DNA of 63,699 bases, filler included, from Lenisia limosa (taxonomy: Eukaryota; Protista; Breviatea): assembly GCA_001655205.1 (NCBI GenBank). It is 13 parts of 13 records of this genome, joined end to end, with 100 filler letters (N's around TTAATTAATTAA, not from the genome) between each part and the next. Parts side by side here need not be neighbours in the genome. Positions count along the whole stretch, not along the records: positions 1 to 28,343 come from LPNZ01005521.1; 12 more parts are not named here. One strand, given 5' to 3'. The position numbers were made by a program, and so were the translations under genes. Below the pieces are notes generated by a model. The model saw only the letters and a list, made by a program, of their open reading frames with translations. It was not told the DNA's origin and made no database searches. This document shows positions 12,694 to 26,400 of the stretch, piece after piece (the first letter of the stretch is position 1; every line of letters starts with the position of its first letter).

Positions 12694-15600
12694 TTAGTGG
12701 ATGTTTGCCATTGCGCTCATCACCATGCCCTCAGCTGTAGCAGGGTATTCGATCAGACGGGCTCCGTCACCATCAGGGACAACATGAGGCTAGATGGTGA
12801 GGAATGGCGAACTGGACCTCCCCCAACCTGAACAAGAACTCTGCGTGGTTTCATTTTCTCCAGAACCTCAAGTCTCAATTCTTGCATTTCAGGGGTCACA
12901 TTTGTTAATTCTAAAAAAAGTAAGACTTGAAGGATAGCAGAGGATAAGACGTACCAGAGAACATTTCGATGCCTCTTTTGTCACCAATGGCCTTGAAAAT
13001 ATTGAGCTTGGAGAGAAGAGCGTTGATAGCAGGGACTCCAACAGTCTTGATCTTTGATCCGTCCATGGTCAAGAGAGTGTCACTTCTGTTACCGTGACTA
13101 AATAGCAGTTACTTACTTTTCCTTTTTGAGAGTGACAAAGCCTTCGCCAGCTCTGAGCATCGTGTTGAGAATCGCATGACGTGCTCTCATGTGGGCTTGG
13201 CCCCATTGCGCTGTCTGGATAGTGAACGATTGGCTGTCAACACACCGTTGGTTCGTAATATGCCAGGGACATTACTCCTGCACGTGCCATTGAAAGCCAG
13301 TTGGAGTACACAATGTTGTCAGCTGCAAAGTCAAAATGCGAACAGGACAGTTTCAATACCATCAGAGCCTTCATAGCCGAAAATTTCGAGAACATCATCC
13401 CTAGCTCCTACAGCGTAAAGAGATATTTAAGGCATTCAGATAACAATCCACAGTCGGAAGCCACACAAACCAAGAGTAATTCCGACACACTCAGCACGAC
13501 ACTCTTCGTAGGGGTTGGAAAGTGACCCGTAAACGGTGTTGAAGTTGGTGTCAGGCTGGAGGGTGAGAGGCAATTCACCTCACAAACCTTGTACCAAGAC
13601 TGGACAGGTTTGTTGGTGGTGGGGTCAATGACAGTCTTTTTGAAGTTCAATTTCCCGTCTGAATCTTCCTGTCTCGGTCATCGCATACAAAGAAGAGGGG
13701 GTTTTGAAAGCAGATAGAACTGAATTCCCTCAGGCTTCAATCATTGCACTCTCAGTGTGACCTACCATAAACAATTTGCCAACACCATGACCAAGAGCTT
13801 CATGTACACCAACCTTAGTGGTGAAAATTGGGCGATAAGACAAGACAGAAGATTGGGCAAAACAGAGATTTCAATGGGTTTTCTCAAGCAAAGAATAAAA
13901 AGAAGCAAAACTCACTTGGATAGTAAAGGCCTTGTTGGACCAGTCATCAAGAATTTTTGAGTCTTCAGCAGTGACAAAAGTGAACTCCTTAAATGGTTAA
14001 TTATATTTTCCCAGGAATTCTGACCTCTCCCTTCTTGTAAGACGACAAGACATTGCCAAGGGCAACATTTTTGAACCCTTCCTCTTGACGGATATCATCG
14101 TAATTGCTTCAATTGTCACAATTTGATTTGTACACATATGAAACCTTTGGAGCGTTCGCTTACGGGATGTTAATTCCTGCGGGAACGCCGGAAGAGGTGA
14201 ATGTCACCACGTCAAGGGAAGTAAAATCTGGTTCAAGGAAAGTGCTACAATTGTTAGAATCAAGCTAGGAAGCAAAATAGAGAAGATGGCAAAATTGTCA
14301 GCACAAAAGAGTTTCCGCTTTGAAAATTAGAGTCCCATCAGAATCCTTTAACATGAACTCTCTCACTCTTTTTCAAACTCTGGTCCCCATGGAAGTTCAG
14401 AAATGAGTTTAGTCTTTCCAAGTTCCACCAGGTTACTAAACTAAATGGTCAAAATCATTATCTTTCTTCTGACTTTTGTACTCTCTTCTTTGTCAACAAC
14501 AGCAACAAATCCTTCAAATTCACCACGAAGGTCTAAACAAGTTAAGATCACCACAATTTATGAAATAACACGGTGAGAAAAGAATTACACAGGACTTACT
14601 TCGGGGGTCTCTGTAACACTCAATAAACCCGATGTTGCACTCCACATTGGGTCCCTTATCTTTCACCCAATGCCGCTGTGCATCCTACGAAATGTCACTC
14701 CAACACTTCTCCCAACCTTGTGCTTTGAGATGGCTCCAGTTTTGAAATGCTCCACATAGTTCTCCATCATGTCTTTTTGATAATCGTTGGCAGCATCAGC
14801 TTGAGACTAGAGACTCAGGCGCTAACAAATCGAAATGTCCAACACAAGAAGTACAAAACAGGCGTGAACCCAGCCCCCTCTTACAAATTGGAGGAAACGG
14901 GCAACGTTGTCGAGACAGTCCGAGAATTTGCCATATCTCACTTCCACGTCATTATGAACTCCCTGGGGGAACTCAGCAGCTCCTGTGGTCTCAGCGGACG
15001 CAACTTGGATTACAACTTTACTGAGTTGTTAGACCAGAGAAGGAGCTCACGATCCGTCCTTGTCAAGGGTGGTATTAAAGATATGATCGTTGTCAGTGAG
15101 GGAAGCGAGGACATCTTCGGCTTTTTTGGCTTCTTCCTCGGTCACGCCACCATTGATATAAGTTGTGATCCCCTCAGGGGCCATGCCTGATTGTCAAATA
15201 TTGCATTTATTATTATTATTATTAAGAAAGCACGTTGATTTCGACACAATTTCCAAGCTTGCAACAACCCATGAGCGCACCAAGTTGCTTTTCGTGATCT
15301 TCAATGGAGTAAATCTTGCCAATCACCTTTTCCAAGAGAAAAACAGCCTAGAAATGTCAAACGTATTTCACTAACATCTTCGGCAGTGGAAGCGGAAGCA
15401 ATCTTCTTTAAGGAGTCAGAGGGAATTCGAGGAATAAACTAAAACGTAAGATTGGTATAATAGCTTAACATAAAAATAGAATAAAAAAAATAATACCAAA
15501 AACAAACACGTCTTAAGAATTTTTCTGTAAACGTCAAACCTTGGTGTCTCCAAAGCTCTTGTAGTTTCCCATGTTTCCAAAAAAGGCAGCTTAGCAATCA

Positions 15601-16616
15601 ATACAATTCAACAGAAATCAGCAAAGTTTCCATTCTATCAATAACCCTTGCTAAAATGGGATGTGGTGTATTTCATCTAATTATGTAGTTTATGATAACA
15701 TTACATTTAAGGGAATCATTTTGAGAGGAAAAAAACTGAATTGCCGGGAAAATTACTCCCGAAAAAATACCGTGTTTGTTCCGGAAAAAACTGAATTCGC
15801 TGGAAAACTAATTACTCCAAGAAAAACTACAGGAGCTCACCAAACACAACCAAGACAATTCTATTTGAGATGAATACGCTCCTATATTTTAACTTCCAAG
15901 ATAGGGTGCGAAAATAGCAGCCACCCCTATATTGAATAGAAAAATAGAGTAACATAGTTTCCAAGCGAATTCAGTTATTTCCAAGCGAATTCCCACTTGG
16001 ACTTGCCCGATTAGTCTAATAGGAAATCCTCTAACAAAGCAACTCTAGACTTTCTTGTGCAATAATATGATGGTATATCCTCACCGCAATAGTTCATGAA
16101 AGCGGAGTAGTCCTCTTCAGTAACACCTGAAGCAAGGGACTGGTCCTGTGTACATCAATATCAACATAGACCCAAGATTTACACTGAATGCACTGTAACA
16201 TCACAAACCTTAAGCTTTTCGATTCCATCAACACGAAACATGGTGAGTATGAAGTCGGAGATTCCCTCAGATTCCTCAGAGACCTGGCGTGGGAGTGTCA
16301 GTTATCAGTTTGAGAAGTGAAATTTGAAGTTAATGAGAGAATCGGGACTTCAAAAAGAAAAACTACAACTAAAAGAAGAAAATGGAAATAACCCTCTTGT
16401 GTCACACCTGTCTGAAGACGATTTTGGCACCAGCCCAACAGGCTCTGGAAATGCTCATGGCGTAGAGTTGGTCAGAGGTTGACAGCGACTTGAAAGCTTT
16501 GCTGGCCTCAAGAGCATTTACAGGTTGCTACAGCGTCATCAAAACCTCATGCAAAAGTAAAGTTCAGTTCCAACCTCCACTGGGCAAAGGAATTCCTTCG
16601 GAATAGTGGCTGACAT
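12694..16616 (-). CDS. DPP3: Dipeptidyl peptidase III (M49)
   Basis: Exons read [79 protein letters not shown] (HExxGH) and [12 protein letters not shown]. Confidence 0.93.
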
Positions 16617-16949
16617 TGCTTTGTTTAAAGTTGAAAAGCTACTAACTAAAGGAATAATAGGGTTGAATTTACTCAATAGGGAACAGAAACGAAGTGCAAA
16701 AATGATGGTGATGGAGACTCTCAAGCTGCTATAGTAGTAGGGTTCGTCAAGGGGCTTAGGGGCTGCTTGATTCTGGGAAATCAAAATCCCAAAAGATCTG
16801 ACAGATCTTCTTTGAGGAGGTGCCTTTTTTTGCACTTTTTTGGCCTGTTTTATCCACTGGTGTGTCTGTTTCTCTGTTTTAGCGTTTTTGTGCTTTTGTG
16901 GTGCTAATAGGAAAGAAGAACACAGACTTGTGATTGTTGAGATTTTGCA

Positions 16950-19352
16950 ATGGACGCTGAAGCGAAGCCAGAAGTAGTTTCAAAGAAGCTCAATAAGAAT
17001 CAAAAACGTAAACTTAAGAAGAAACTGAGAAAGCAACACTTACCTACTGAAATACCTGTAATTAAGACTCCTGTGAAGGCAGCAACTGCAACTCTTGCTC
17101 AGAAGAGTGATGTTGATGTTCAATATGTCTCTGAGGATATCACTTGTGGGATGAGGGGTGCTATGTTTTTCGTGAAAATGATATTTTCCCTGAAGGCTAA
17201 CTCCATTTAGTGATTGCAAATGATGAGGAATTAGCTCAGATGAAAGAAGTGTTTGAGGCTTTTACAAGGTCAGTATATTTTTAGTTTTCTTACAGACTTC
17301 ATCCAGGCCTGAGGAGCTTGAAGTTGATGTTAAAGCAGAACGTTTGGCTCGTGATTTGGAGGAAAAGGCTGAGCTCTTGAAAGTAAAAGCAGAGAGAGCT
17401 ACTGCGATTGAAGAGAAGAGAAAGGCACAGAAAGAGGCGAAAGAAGCTGCTAAGGCTGTCAGGGTAAGGTTTTTTATGGGGTTTGAAAGGTTAACGGTCC
17501 AGATGGCAAAGGCTATTGCTGCTGGCGAAACATTGGAGGAGGATGATTCTCGCCTCAGTCGTCGCCAATTCAAGAAGCAGCATCAGGTTTGTATGATTTC
17601 AGCGTGAGGGTTACGCTTTAGTTGAGTATTGGTGAGCTGAAACGTCAAGTGAAAAGACCTGATCTTGTTGAAGTTTGGGATGTAACATCACATGAGCCAA
17701 AGCTTCTTGTTGAGCTCAAATCTGTCAGAAACTCAGTTGAGGTCCCAAGACATTGGTATGAATGATTTTCTTTGTTTGTGTATTACTGTCAAGGTGCCTG
17801 AAGCGTCGCTATCTTATGTGCAAGCGTGGTTACGTCAAACCTCCCTTTGAACTTCCCGGTGGGTCAGGGTTTCATTGACATATTTTTGCAGGCAAAGGCT
17901 TATTGTCCAGACTTCATTAAGGCAACTGGTATTCACAAGATGAGAGATAACACCGACGAAATGCAAATTAACCCTAGTTTGTCACAGAAGGTTTGCGGGT
18001 AACGCACCCGTATTGTTATTTATTAACGATAGTGTATTCTCATTCTTCGAGTGCCTTTTTTTAACGTATTTGTTCCATGAACGGACCTGACGATGCAGGC
18101 TAAGGAGAAAGTTCGCCCTAAAATGGGTAAGATTGACATTGACTTCAACGTCCTCCATGATGCCTTCTTCAAATACCAAACAAAGCCCGATATGACCATC
18201 CACGGTAGGTTGTTGTTGGCCATTGTTCCTTAAGATATTTCTTATCCCCCCAGGAGAACTCTATTACGAAAACAAGGAGTTTGAGACCCGGCCTCGTGAC
18301 GCCCGTCCAGGTTTGCTTTCATTCAGCCATTTGCGTTTTTTTTTGGGTTTTTTTTACTATTTGTTCATTTCATTTCTGCTTTCCTCTTCTTTTCTGAAAT
18401 AGTAGGCATTATTTCGGACACCCTTCGTGATGCTCTTGGAATGAGCAAGACTAACCCCCCTCCCTGGTTGGTTAACATGCAGCGGTACGGTCCCCCTCCT
18501 TCTTATGTTTGTGGGACATTTTGCTAAAGGAATTCAAGTACGATTGGAGATTATAGTAATGTAATCTAGTGATATCCTCAAGTTACTACGTGTATCTCTG
18601 TGATGCAACTATCTTTTCTTTTTATCCGACAGAGTTTTGACAGTCTTTCACTTTCTAGCCCACCCTCAAAATCCCTGGGCTCAACATGCCCATTCCCTCC
18701 AACTGCTCATATGGTTACCACACTGGCGGATGGGGAAAGCCCCCCGTGGATGAGGTGTGTGTTTCCCCATAAATGATGGAATTAATTGGGCTCATCTTAA
18801 ACTAAGCTCAGATTGAATCTTGTTTTTTTTTACAAATTTGATAACTGACGTAGTACGGTCGCGCCCTTTACGGTAATCCTTTTGACGTTCTTTTCGACAA
18901 CGATGCAATGGTGGATGAGGTGGGATCTTGTCCATTTGATGCTTCAACTCACCCCCCGCAGGATAGCGAGCTTTGGGGAGAGCTTATTTCAGACGAAGAA
19001 GTGGAATCGAGTAGTGATGAAGACTCTGACGAGGAGGGCGCGGTTGAAGCAAAGGTGGAAGACTCTAGTGTGCCGAAGCAGAGACTGACCAAGGCTGAGG
19101 AAAGCGGTATTGCGTCAGTTGCGTCAACAGCAGGTCTTGCCACCCCAGCGCCGTCAGACGTGCTGGATCTTCGTAAAGCGTCGGGCACATCCACGACTGG
19201 CGCTGACTCTATGGAACCCAAATCTTTGTACACTGTAAGTGCTCGTATTTTAATTTGAGGTTCTCACTTTCCAGGTTCTTCAATCCAAGTCCAATGCTAT
19301 TGGCACCGACCTATTTGGCTCTACTCATGTGTATGATGTGAAAACAGAATAA
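16950..19352 (+). CDS. SF3B2: Splicing factor 3B subunit 2 (SAP145/Cus1)
   Basis: Exons read LKRQVKRPDLVEVWDVT, SVEVPRHW, KPPFELPDFIKATGI, KVRPKMGKIDIDFNVLHDAFFKYQTKP, PPPWLVNMQRYGPPPSY and GGWGKPPVDE. Confidence 0.95.
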
Positions 19353-19456
19353 ATTGCCAAATTTCTTTCAGGAATTTGTATTTATATTATGAAATCAGTT
19401 AAATAGAAAACATCAAAAAAAAAAAAAGGTAAGAAGGAAGAGACAGAAAATATACA

Positions 19457-21593
19457 CTAGGCGGATTTGGTAGGTGTGACTGAAGGGAAAGACTGTTGAA
19501 GATCCGCAATAATTTGCCGTCGTTCCAGATCGGAGTCACTTGGCGGGGTAAACGGGCCGGTCCAAGCTGCTCCAGTCACAAACGGATGCGCTGAGGCTTG
19601 AAGAGCAGACCATCTCTTCTCGGGATCGAGACACAAGAGGCCGAAGAGGAAGTCCTTGAAGATGGCTCGTTGCTTCATTTCTGCAATATCAAAACGGTTC
19701 GCAGAGATAGAGGCATTTCTTTCATTCATACCTCTTTCAAACTCTTTTCTTGAAATACCGCGTTTGAAGGAGTAGTTGTCAATGATTTCGGGGAGGGTCT
19801 TGTAGTTAAAGTAATTCTTGTAGTGGGGTATTGAGGCCTTCATGTCCTGAAATGAAGAGCAATTAAGAATACAAAGAAAAGAAAAGGGGGTCACAAGAAA
19901 AAAGCTCCAAAATGATAATCCCATTTCCCGCTACCTTTGCATATTGTACCTTGTCCTTGATTTGTACAGTTTTGTGAGTTCCCTTGTCGGTGATGTTGTA
20001 GAATCGCGAAGCTCTCTCACCACTTACAATCATATGATGCGGCNNNNNNNNNNNNNNNNNNNNNNNNNNNNNNNNNNNNNNNNNNNNNNNNNNNNNNNNN
20101 NNNNNNNNNNNNNNNNNNNNNNNNNNNNNNNNNNNNNNNNNNNNNNNNNNNNNNNNNNNNNNNNNNNNNNNNNNNNNNNNNGAGTTCGGCGGCGATGCAG
20201 CCTAAACCAATGAGGAAAAGAGTCCTGTGTTTTCAATTTTATTATTATTATCTAACTATTCTTTCAAATTAGCTTGAGACCCCTCAAACCGAGAGACCAA
20301 ACATCTATCTTGCAGGCGTAGGTACATCCAAGTAACACCTCGGGGGAGCTAAAACATTAAAACGCCCAAGGCAGCAAACCGGTAGAAGCGGGACTGAATA
20401 TAGGAATAGACTGTTTTGTTTTCGAAGCATGCAGAGCCAAAATCAATGACTTTTACTCTTGGGGATGACAGCCTAAGTGGTAAATGAAATAAAGGTCACA
20501 AACGATTCCAAGAGGACATTCTCCGGTTTGAGGTCACAGTGGATGATGTTGTGTTTGTTGAGGATCTGATGGATGAGGCTACTCGGAATAGGAATGGGGC
20601 TTACAGTGAGGGAGTTTACGACTTGCTTGACAAATCGCTGGACGAGGGAAAGGGAGACACCACGGAAGGAGTTTTGTTTGATCAAATCGTAAAGATTGAC
20701 CCTTAATAAAATAAGCCCAGTAGAGCGAAAAGTAACTTACGAGAGGAGTTCGAAAGCAAGGCAAAGATGATGGCGATGGTGGAAGACGTCAATCTGAGGC
20801 GGTAAGTGCCAAATAGTCACCAATGTGAAGAACATCCCCAAAAATTCACTGCTTACAAGTCTGACGAGGTGGTATTTATCTTGGGGATCCGCTTTTTGAT
20901 TGAGCTTGGTGGTGTGAATAAGGTAAAGAGCAGAAAGGGCACTGGAATAATTGCAATCAAAATTCAAAGTGATCTCTTCCTACTCACCACTTCAAGGATT
21001 TTCACTTCCATCAAGGCTTGATTGTAATAGGCAGGCTTGTTTTTAATTACTTTAACAGCAACATGTGATTGAAACTTTTCAGAGTAGCATTTTACAACCT
21101 GTCCAAATGTGCCTTGACCGAGAAGGTCAATGACATGATATCAGGTTAGAACCGAACACCTCACAAAAAAAACATAAAAAAGAACATACTTATTGTCATC
21201 ATTACTGCCAAGGGCATCATTAACGTAGATAATTAAATCACCATTTTGATTATCATGGCCTTCATTGAGAACCCCGTCTATTTGAACAAAAATAAGCAAA
21301 CCTGAGGGTTTAGTGAGGACTCTGCGTGGATTATGCGATGGAGCGTAGATGAAATTGGGATTACAAGCTTTGTATATTGATACACAATCAACAGTGGCTT
21401 TAATACAAGGCTGGTTAGAACAAAAACAGGGCCAAAACACACACACACACAAAAAAAAAAAGAAGAACGAAAATACTCGGGTGTTGAAAGGTCTGGGCGT
21501 TACATTGCTGCTGGATTTGGAGTATGCACTAAAAGTATTTCCAACTAGATTTGCCTTCTTCCCTAAAATGCAGTACTTATGAGGATTCGGCAT
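19457..21593 (-). CDS. YAK1: DYRK-family protein kinase of the Yak1/YakA type
   Basis: Exons read [73 protein letters not shown] and [28 protein letters not shown]. Confidence 0.9.
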
Positions 21594-22066
21594 AAGTTTA
21601 TTAAAACAAAAATTTATGGACTTAAACTCATCACAATTTGAGTAATTCTGGTTGATATAGTTTATAAGAGTTGATAGATGTTCTAAAGAGTTGTTTCCCG
21701 AAAAATGCTTTTATAGTCACGTCACGTATGCGCTCATTTCTATCTCACTCAATTACTCAATCTTCACTTCCAGTCCAGATTCTTCAGCTTGCAAACTGCT
21801 TGCGCGCCCAACCAACTAACTACTACCTGCACCTCAGGCAACCTTCCTGTTTGCCTCCAGTAGGAGCTCAGAGGTATGATGACATACCACCACTCACCTA
21901 CCTCTCAGAACTCTTAATCCCCTCAGTATTATGTGATTAGTAAATATCCCTGCTCTTACAATTATTTCAGGTATTTTGTGATACAGATTATATTGATTTT
22001 GGGTGTATCGTGGATGTATCTCAGTGTTATGGGATAAGCTCGTCTTTCAAGGCTAATGTGACAGAC

Positions 22067-23158
22067 ATGGCCCTCCCCTATACAATAGAACCAGCATCAC
22101 ACCTCTGGGCAATACTCCAGACTTCCATTATCAAAACTGGAATAGATGCATTAGGTTTGTGTTTTAAAAGTTAAAAAGATGTGGGGATTTCAGGAGGTCT
22201 CAAAGGAGGAAAGATTATTGAAGTTTACTCCCCAACTCAAGGAGGTATGATGATGAGGGAATGGAACATTCCAAGGGCACATGTAGTATTTCATTGCTTG
22301 AGGCATACTGCATCCTCTTCTTAAACATTTCTCTGACTCTCCAGGGAAAACACTCTGCTGCTTGAATATTATTGCCTCCTGCATTTTAGATAAAGAATAT
22401 GGAGGGTGTGGTAAAGAGGTTCGTCATTCTAGCAAATTCACCAAACCAGGCTTTTTTACTTGATGTGGGATGTTGCTTTAATGTATTACGGCTTGGGGAG
22501 TTACTTTCAGCAAGAATATCTTCATTTCTGTAAAATATTTTGGTTAACCAGTTCTAAAGATATAGATGTTATTGAAACCATTCGTCCATCACTCGAAAGG
22601 CTGCATATTGTGTCTTGTCCTCAGAGGTAAAGGGCTGTTTTGAAACGGTTTCATGATTATCTTTTTGATTCTATTTAGTGTGGATATATTTGAGGCAATC
22701 AAATCTTTACAAAATCAGAAGAAACAGAGTAAACAATTTTCTTTGGTTGTTATTGACTCCTTTGGGTAGGCCAGTGAAATTCTTTGACAATTAGAGTCCA
22801 TTTTTCTATTGAGCAACTTGAAGGTGTGGAGGGTAGTAACCGTCGAGAGCGAATAGCTGGTGCTTTGGACAATTTATCAAGGACTTCAAAACCTTTGATC
22901 ATTGTGGGAAACTCTGCCCTTTTCAATGCCTCAATTTCTGCCAATAATTTGATTGATAAGTTGTTTTGGTTTTGTAACACGACCCGTCTACCATTCTCTC
23001 AAGCGAGTGATTAGTGGACAGATTATTATGTGCCCAGGACCTGAGGGGACCTATGTTTGCAAAGTTAACAACAAAGATGGCCCTTCATCATCCTTTACCA
23101 TTTTCTCAAATGAGGTTTGTGCGTGAGGTCTCACAAGGCTGGTCTGCTGTCAAATAAG
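22067..23158 (+). CDS. XRCC2: RAD51 paralog, XRCC2-like; 3' end approximate
   Basis: Spliced IKTGIDALGGLKGGKIIEVYSPTQGGKTLCCLNIIASCILDKEYGGCGKE and FLLDVGCCFNVLRL match the XRCC2-type Walker A region followed by CILP..GG. Confidence 0.7.
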
Positions 23159-23408
23159 CCAACATGATATCTCTAAAACTTCTTTATTCAGTTAACGGTT
23201 ACTACTTCCAAGGCTTATTCTGAATGAGTTGTTCAGATTATTTATGTGTGATAGACTTGACTAATGTACTTATCCAAATGGAAAATTCAGGAGGTATCCA
23301 AAAAGGTGTGTGTGTGTGTGGGGGGGTATTATCATGCAATTAGACAAGAAGGGATATGGAAGAGAATAAGCGGGGCGGTACATAGCATAAATAATGACAA
23401 TCACAAAG

Positions 23409-26400
23409 CTACAGAGTAGTGTTTATGATGAGAGACTTCCTGAGCTTGCGAAGATCACTGAGACCACTTTCCACATTGCTGTTACCCGCCAGATCAAGGA
23501 TGCGAATATGCTTATGGGTAGTCTGTTGGGGATGAGATAGGAAAGAAGCAGCACACCAGTGGAGCAGAGATGTGAGTGGCACCAGAGCTGCCAAAGCTGT
23601 TTGATCTCAAGCCAAGGTATTCAAGGGAGCGTGCAGATGACAAGGCGGAGGCAATCTGTGCGGTCAAGAGGCAGAACAACAGGTTCTTGAATGAACAGAA
23701 AGCACACCTCGAAGCAGCCCTTGTCCGAGATGTTGCAGGAGGTGAGCTTGATCTTCCGAAGACCACGCGCCGATCTCAGTAGTTGACCCACATGCTTGGC
23801 ATTGTCCTGAAGTGTCAGGAAATACAAAATGACGAGTAGGGTTTCACTTCGGTTCGAAAAAATACTGAATTTCTCGACATCCTCGAACACTATCGATATT
23901 ATACCTGTCTTTTTCGAACCGAAGTGAAGCCCCAATGACGAGTCAAGGAAAATGTAAAAGCAAAGCATTCCTCCGACTCCTGAGAAGTCATTTTCGGACA
24001 CATTCAGTTCATTGATATTCTCAGATCTGCTGAGAGACTGAGAGATGAGTCCAAAAACATTGTTGGAGTCCTTGGACTTGGTCCAGTTGCGTGAAATGTC
24101 TACTGACTGGAGACGATGCTTTGTGGCCAGAATTTGAGACACAATGGTACCGCCTAAGTAATCATTATCAGCAAAAAGATTGAAAGAAATGTCAAAAAGA
24201 TGTACACAAACACCAGAATAGGTTTTATATGGTATTCTATACATTTCGAATGTGTGCATACCGTCAACACCGAAGTCACACGAGCCAAGACCCAGAACCT
24301 TCAGGGAGGGGTGGGTGCGGAGGGAGTTCTCAAGGGCCTCCACTGCCAAAGAGTCCACATGATTGCCTCTATGAGAGTTAAAGTCAAAATGGTGAGTGGC
24401 GGCTACTGGTAAAATGCTAAATAAAGTAGATTTCGCTTGAAAAGAAAATGGAAAAGCTCACGAAATGTTGAGATTGGTGAGAGAGGTATTTTTCTTGATG
24501 GCCGTGCAGACTTGAAGGCAAAGTGCTTTACTAAGTCCTAAAATATCATAATGTCAAGCAGTCAAACAGATAACAAAGCATCAAAGTTCTCTCCGTCTTA
24601 CCATTATAGGAGATGTCAAGTTGAGTGAGGCGACAGTCAGCCTTGTTGAGAATGTATTCGGAAAGGTGTTGGGCAGCTGCAATGGTTATCACTTTTCAAC
24701 CACCAGCTAGAATAGCCAGAATATTCAATAGCCCCGAACTTTTAGAACCAAGCGCGGTGTGGGACAAGATAAGATTTTTGAGGGATCCATTGGAGGACAG
24801 AGAAACAGCAAGGTTGAGGCAACCCTTGTCCCCAAGATCATTAAAAGACAAGTCCAAATACGTGATCTTGCAACTTGGTTTTGTGAGGCTGAAAGAATAA
24901 GTGAGTAACCATAATGAACGTACCCTCTTGATAAAGCCGTAGCACCCTTTTCGCCGAGTTTGTTGTGATGAAGATGCACAATACGGAGGTTAGTATCATC
25001 ACAGACGACCATGTTGCCAATAGCTAAATGGTAAGAAGAGAACTCAGTTTGGCAATAATAATAAAAAAACATACTACGAGCTAGCTTGCTTACTTTCAGC
25101 GCAAACATCATCAATTGAGTTGTGAGCGAGGTTGAGACCGGAAAGAGAAGTCAGTGCTGGCCGGGACTCACGGATCGGACGAAGAAGAGCAATAGCACCC
25201 TGCTCGTGTGAAAAATGTTGTCCCATAATAATTTATTAAACCACTGCCGCTATAGACTCTTCCAATTATCAGCTCACTTTGGAGCCAATTTCGTTATTGG
25301 GAAGGGAAATCTCTGCCACTTGAGCAGGCACTGGATTGGAGTATTTGAGAAGAGGACCTTCTTTGCCTTGAGCACTGCTAAAACAAGATCCGAGCATTGC
25401 AGCACCACTAAAAGGGAAAAACACATCAACAAGACAAAAACAGTCAAATTACAAAGACATCGTCATACCTATTGCCAATTTTGCAATCAGAGAAGTCCAT
25501 GAGTCTAACAGCCTTGGGAGTACCATTCTTATGACGAGGAGGGCAACACGTCAGAAGTCCCTTCATCAGCGGAAGTGTCTATACTATGAGAAACAGCAGG
25601 TAGGGGTCAAAGACATTCATGAAGACAGACCAACCCACCTTAATGGAGAGCTTGGCGTTACCTTTCAGACGGTACATGTTGACCGCCACGTTGTCGTAGA
25701 ACACCTTTCCTTTGTAGGGCTACACTGTCAAACAAAAACGTATACATGAAGAATCCTAACCTCATAAGCAAGAGCCTTATTGAGACACTCAACAAAGAGG
25801 TCAATGTGCTTCTTATCAAGGTCAACATTGACAAGATCTAGCACTTCAAGAATTTCACCAGGTCGGTCCATGGCCAGTTCCAACATTCTGGGGAGGTGGG
25901 TGAGCTAATCAACTATCGTACAAAATGATTCTAATTCAATATTTCATGGGATCAGGGTACCAACTTTTCCATTGCAGCGGAGTAGTTCTTCTTTTCACGG
26001 AAGCCAATGTAAGTCTCATAAAGAATCTGAAGACATAAAGAGCTAATTAAACGAACCTGGAGTCTGGAGCGGTTGGTGTCAAAGACAGGGCGAGTTCTAG
26101 TCTTCTCATATAGGGTGTAGTGAGGAATAGAGGAGAGGTTAATGGGGACAGCAGCTGGCCACGACTGGAGGTTGTTGACTAGGTAGTACATTTGGTATGT
26201 TGACAGAAGCTCATTGAGGGCAGATGCTTGCTGGATAGGCATGCGGAAAGTGAAGGGGCTCTCATTGCATGGAATGGTGATACCTTCAGGGACAACCTGA
26301 AACACAATAAGACATTTGTTTCCAGAAGGATTCTTACCTTCCATCCTGACACTTTGGTAAAGTCATAGTATGCAGGCATCTTCGCATCACCATAGGTAAC

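Noticed and set aside
23960-23990. Possible non-canonical GA-AG intron in the LRR gene
   Set aside because: A canonical GT donor (GTCGGA) restores a correct LRR register (NDFSG/DNAKHVGQLL).
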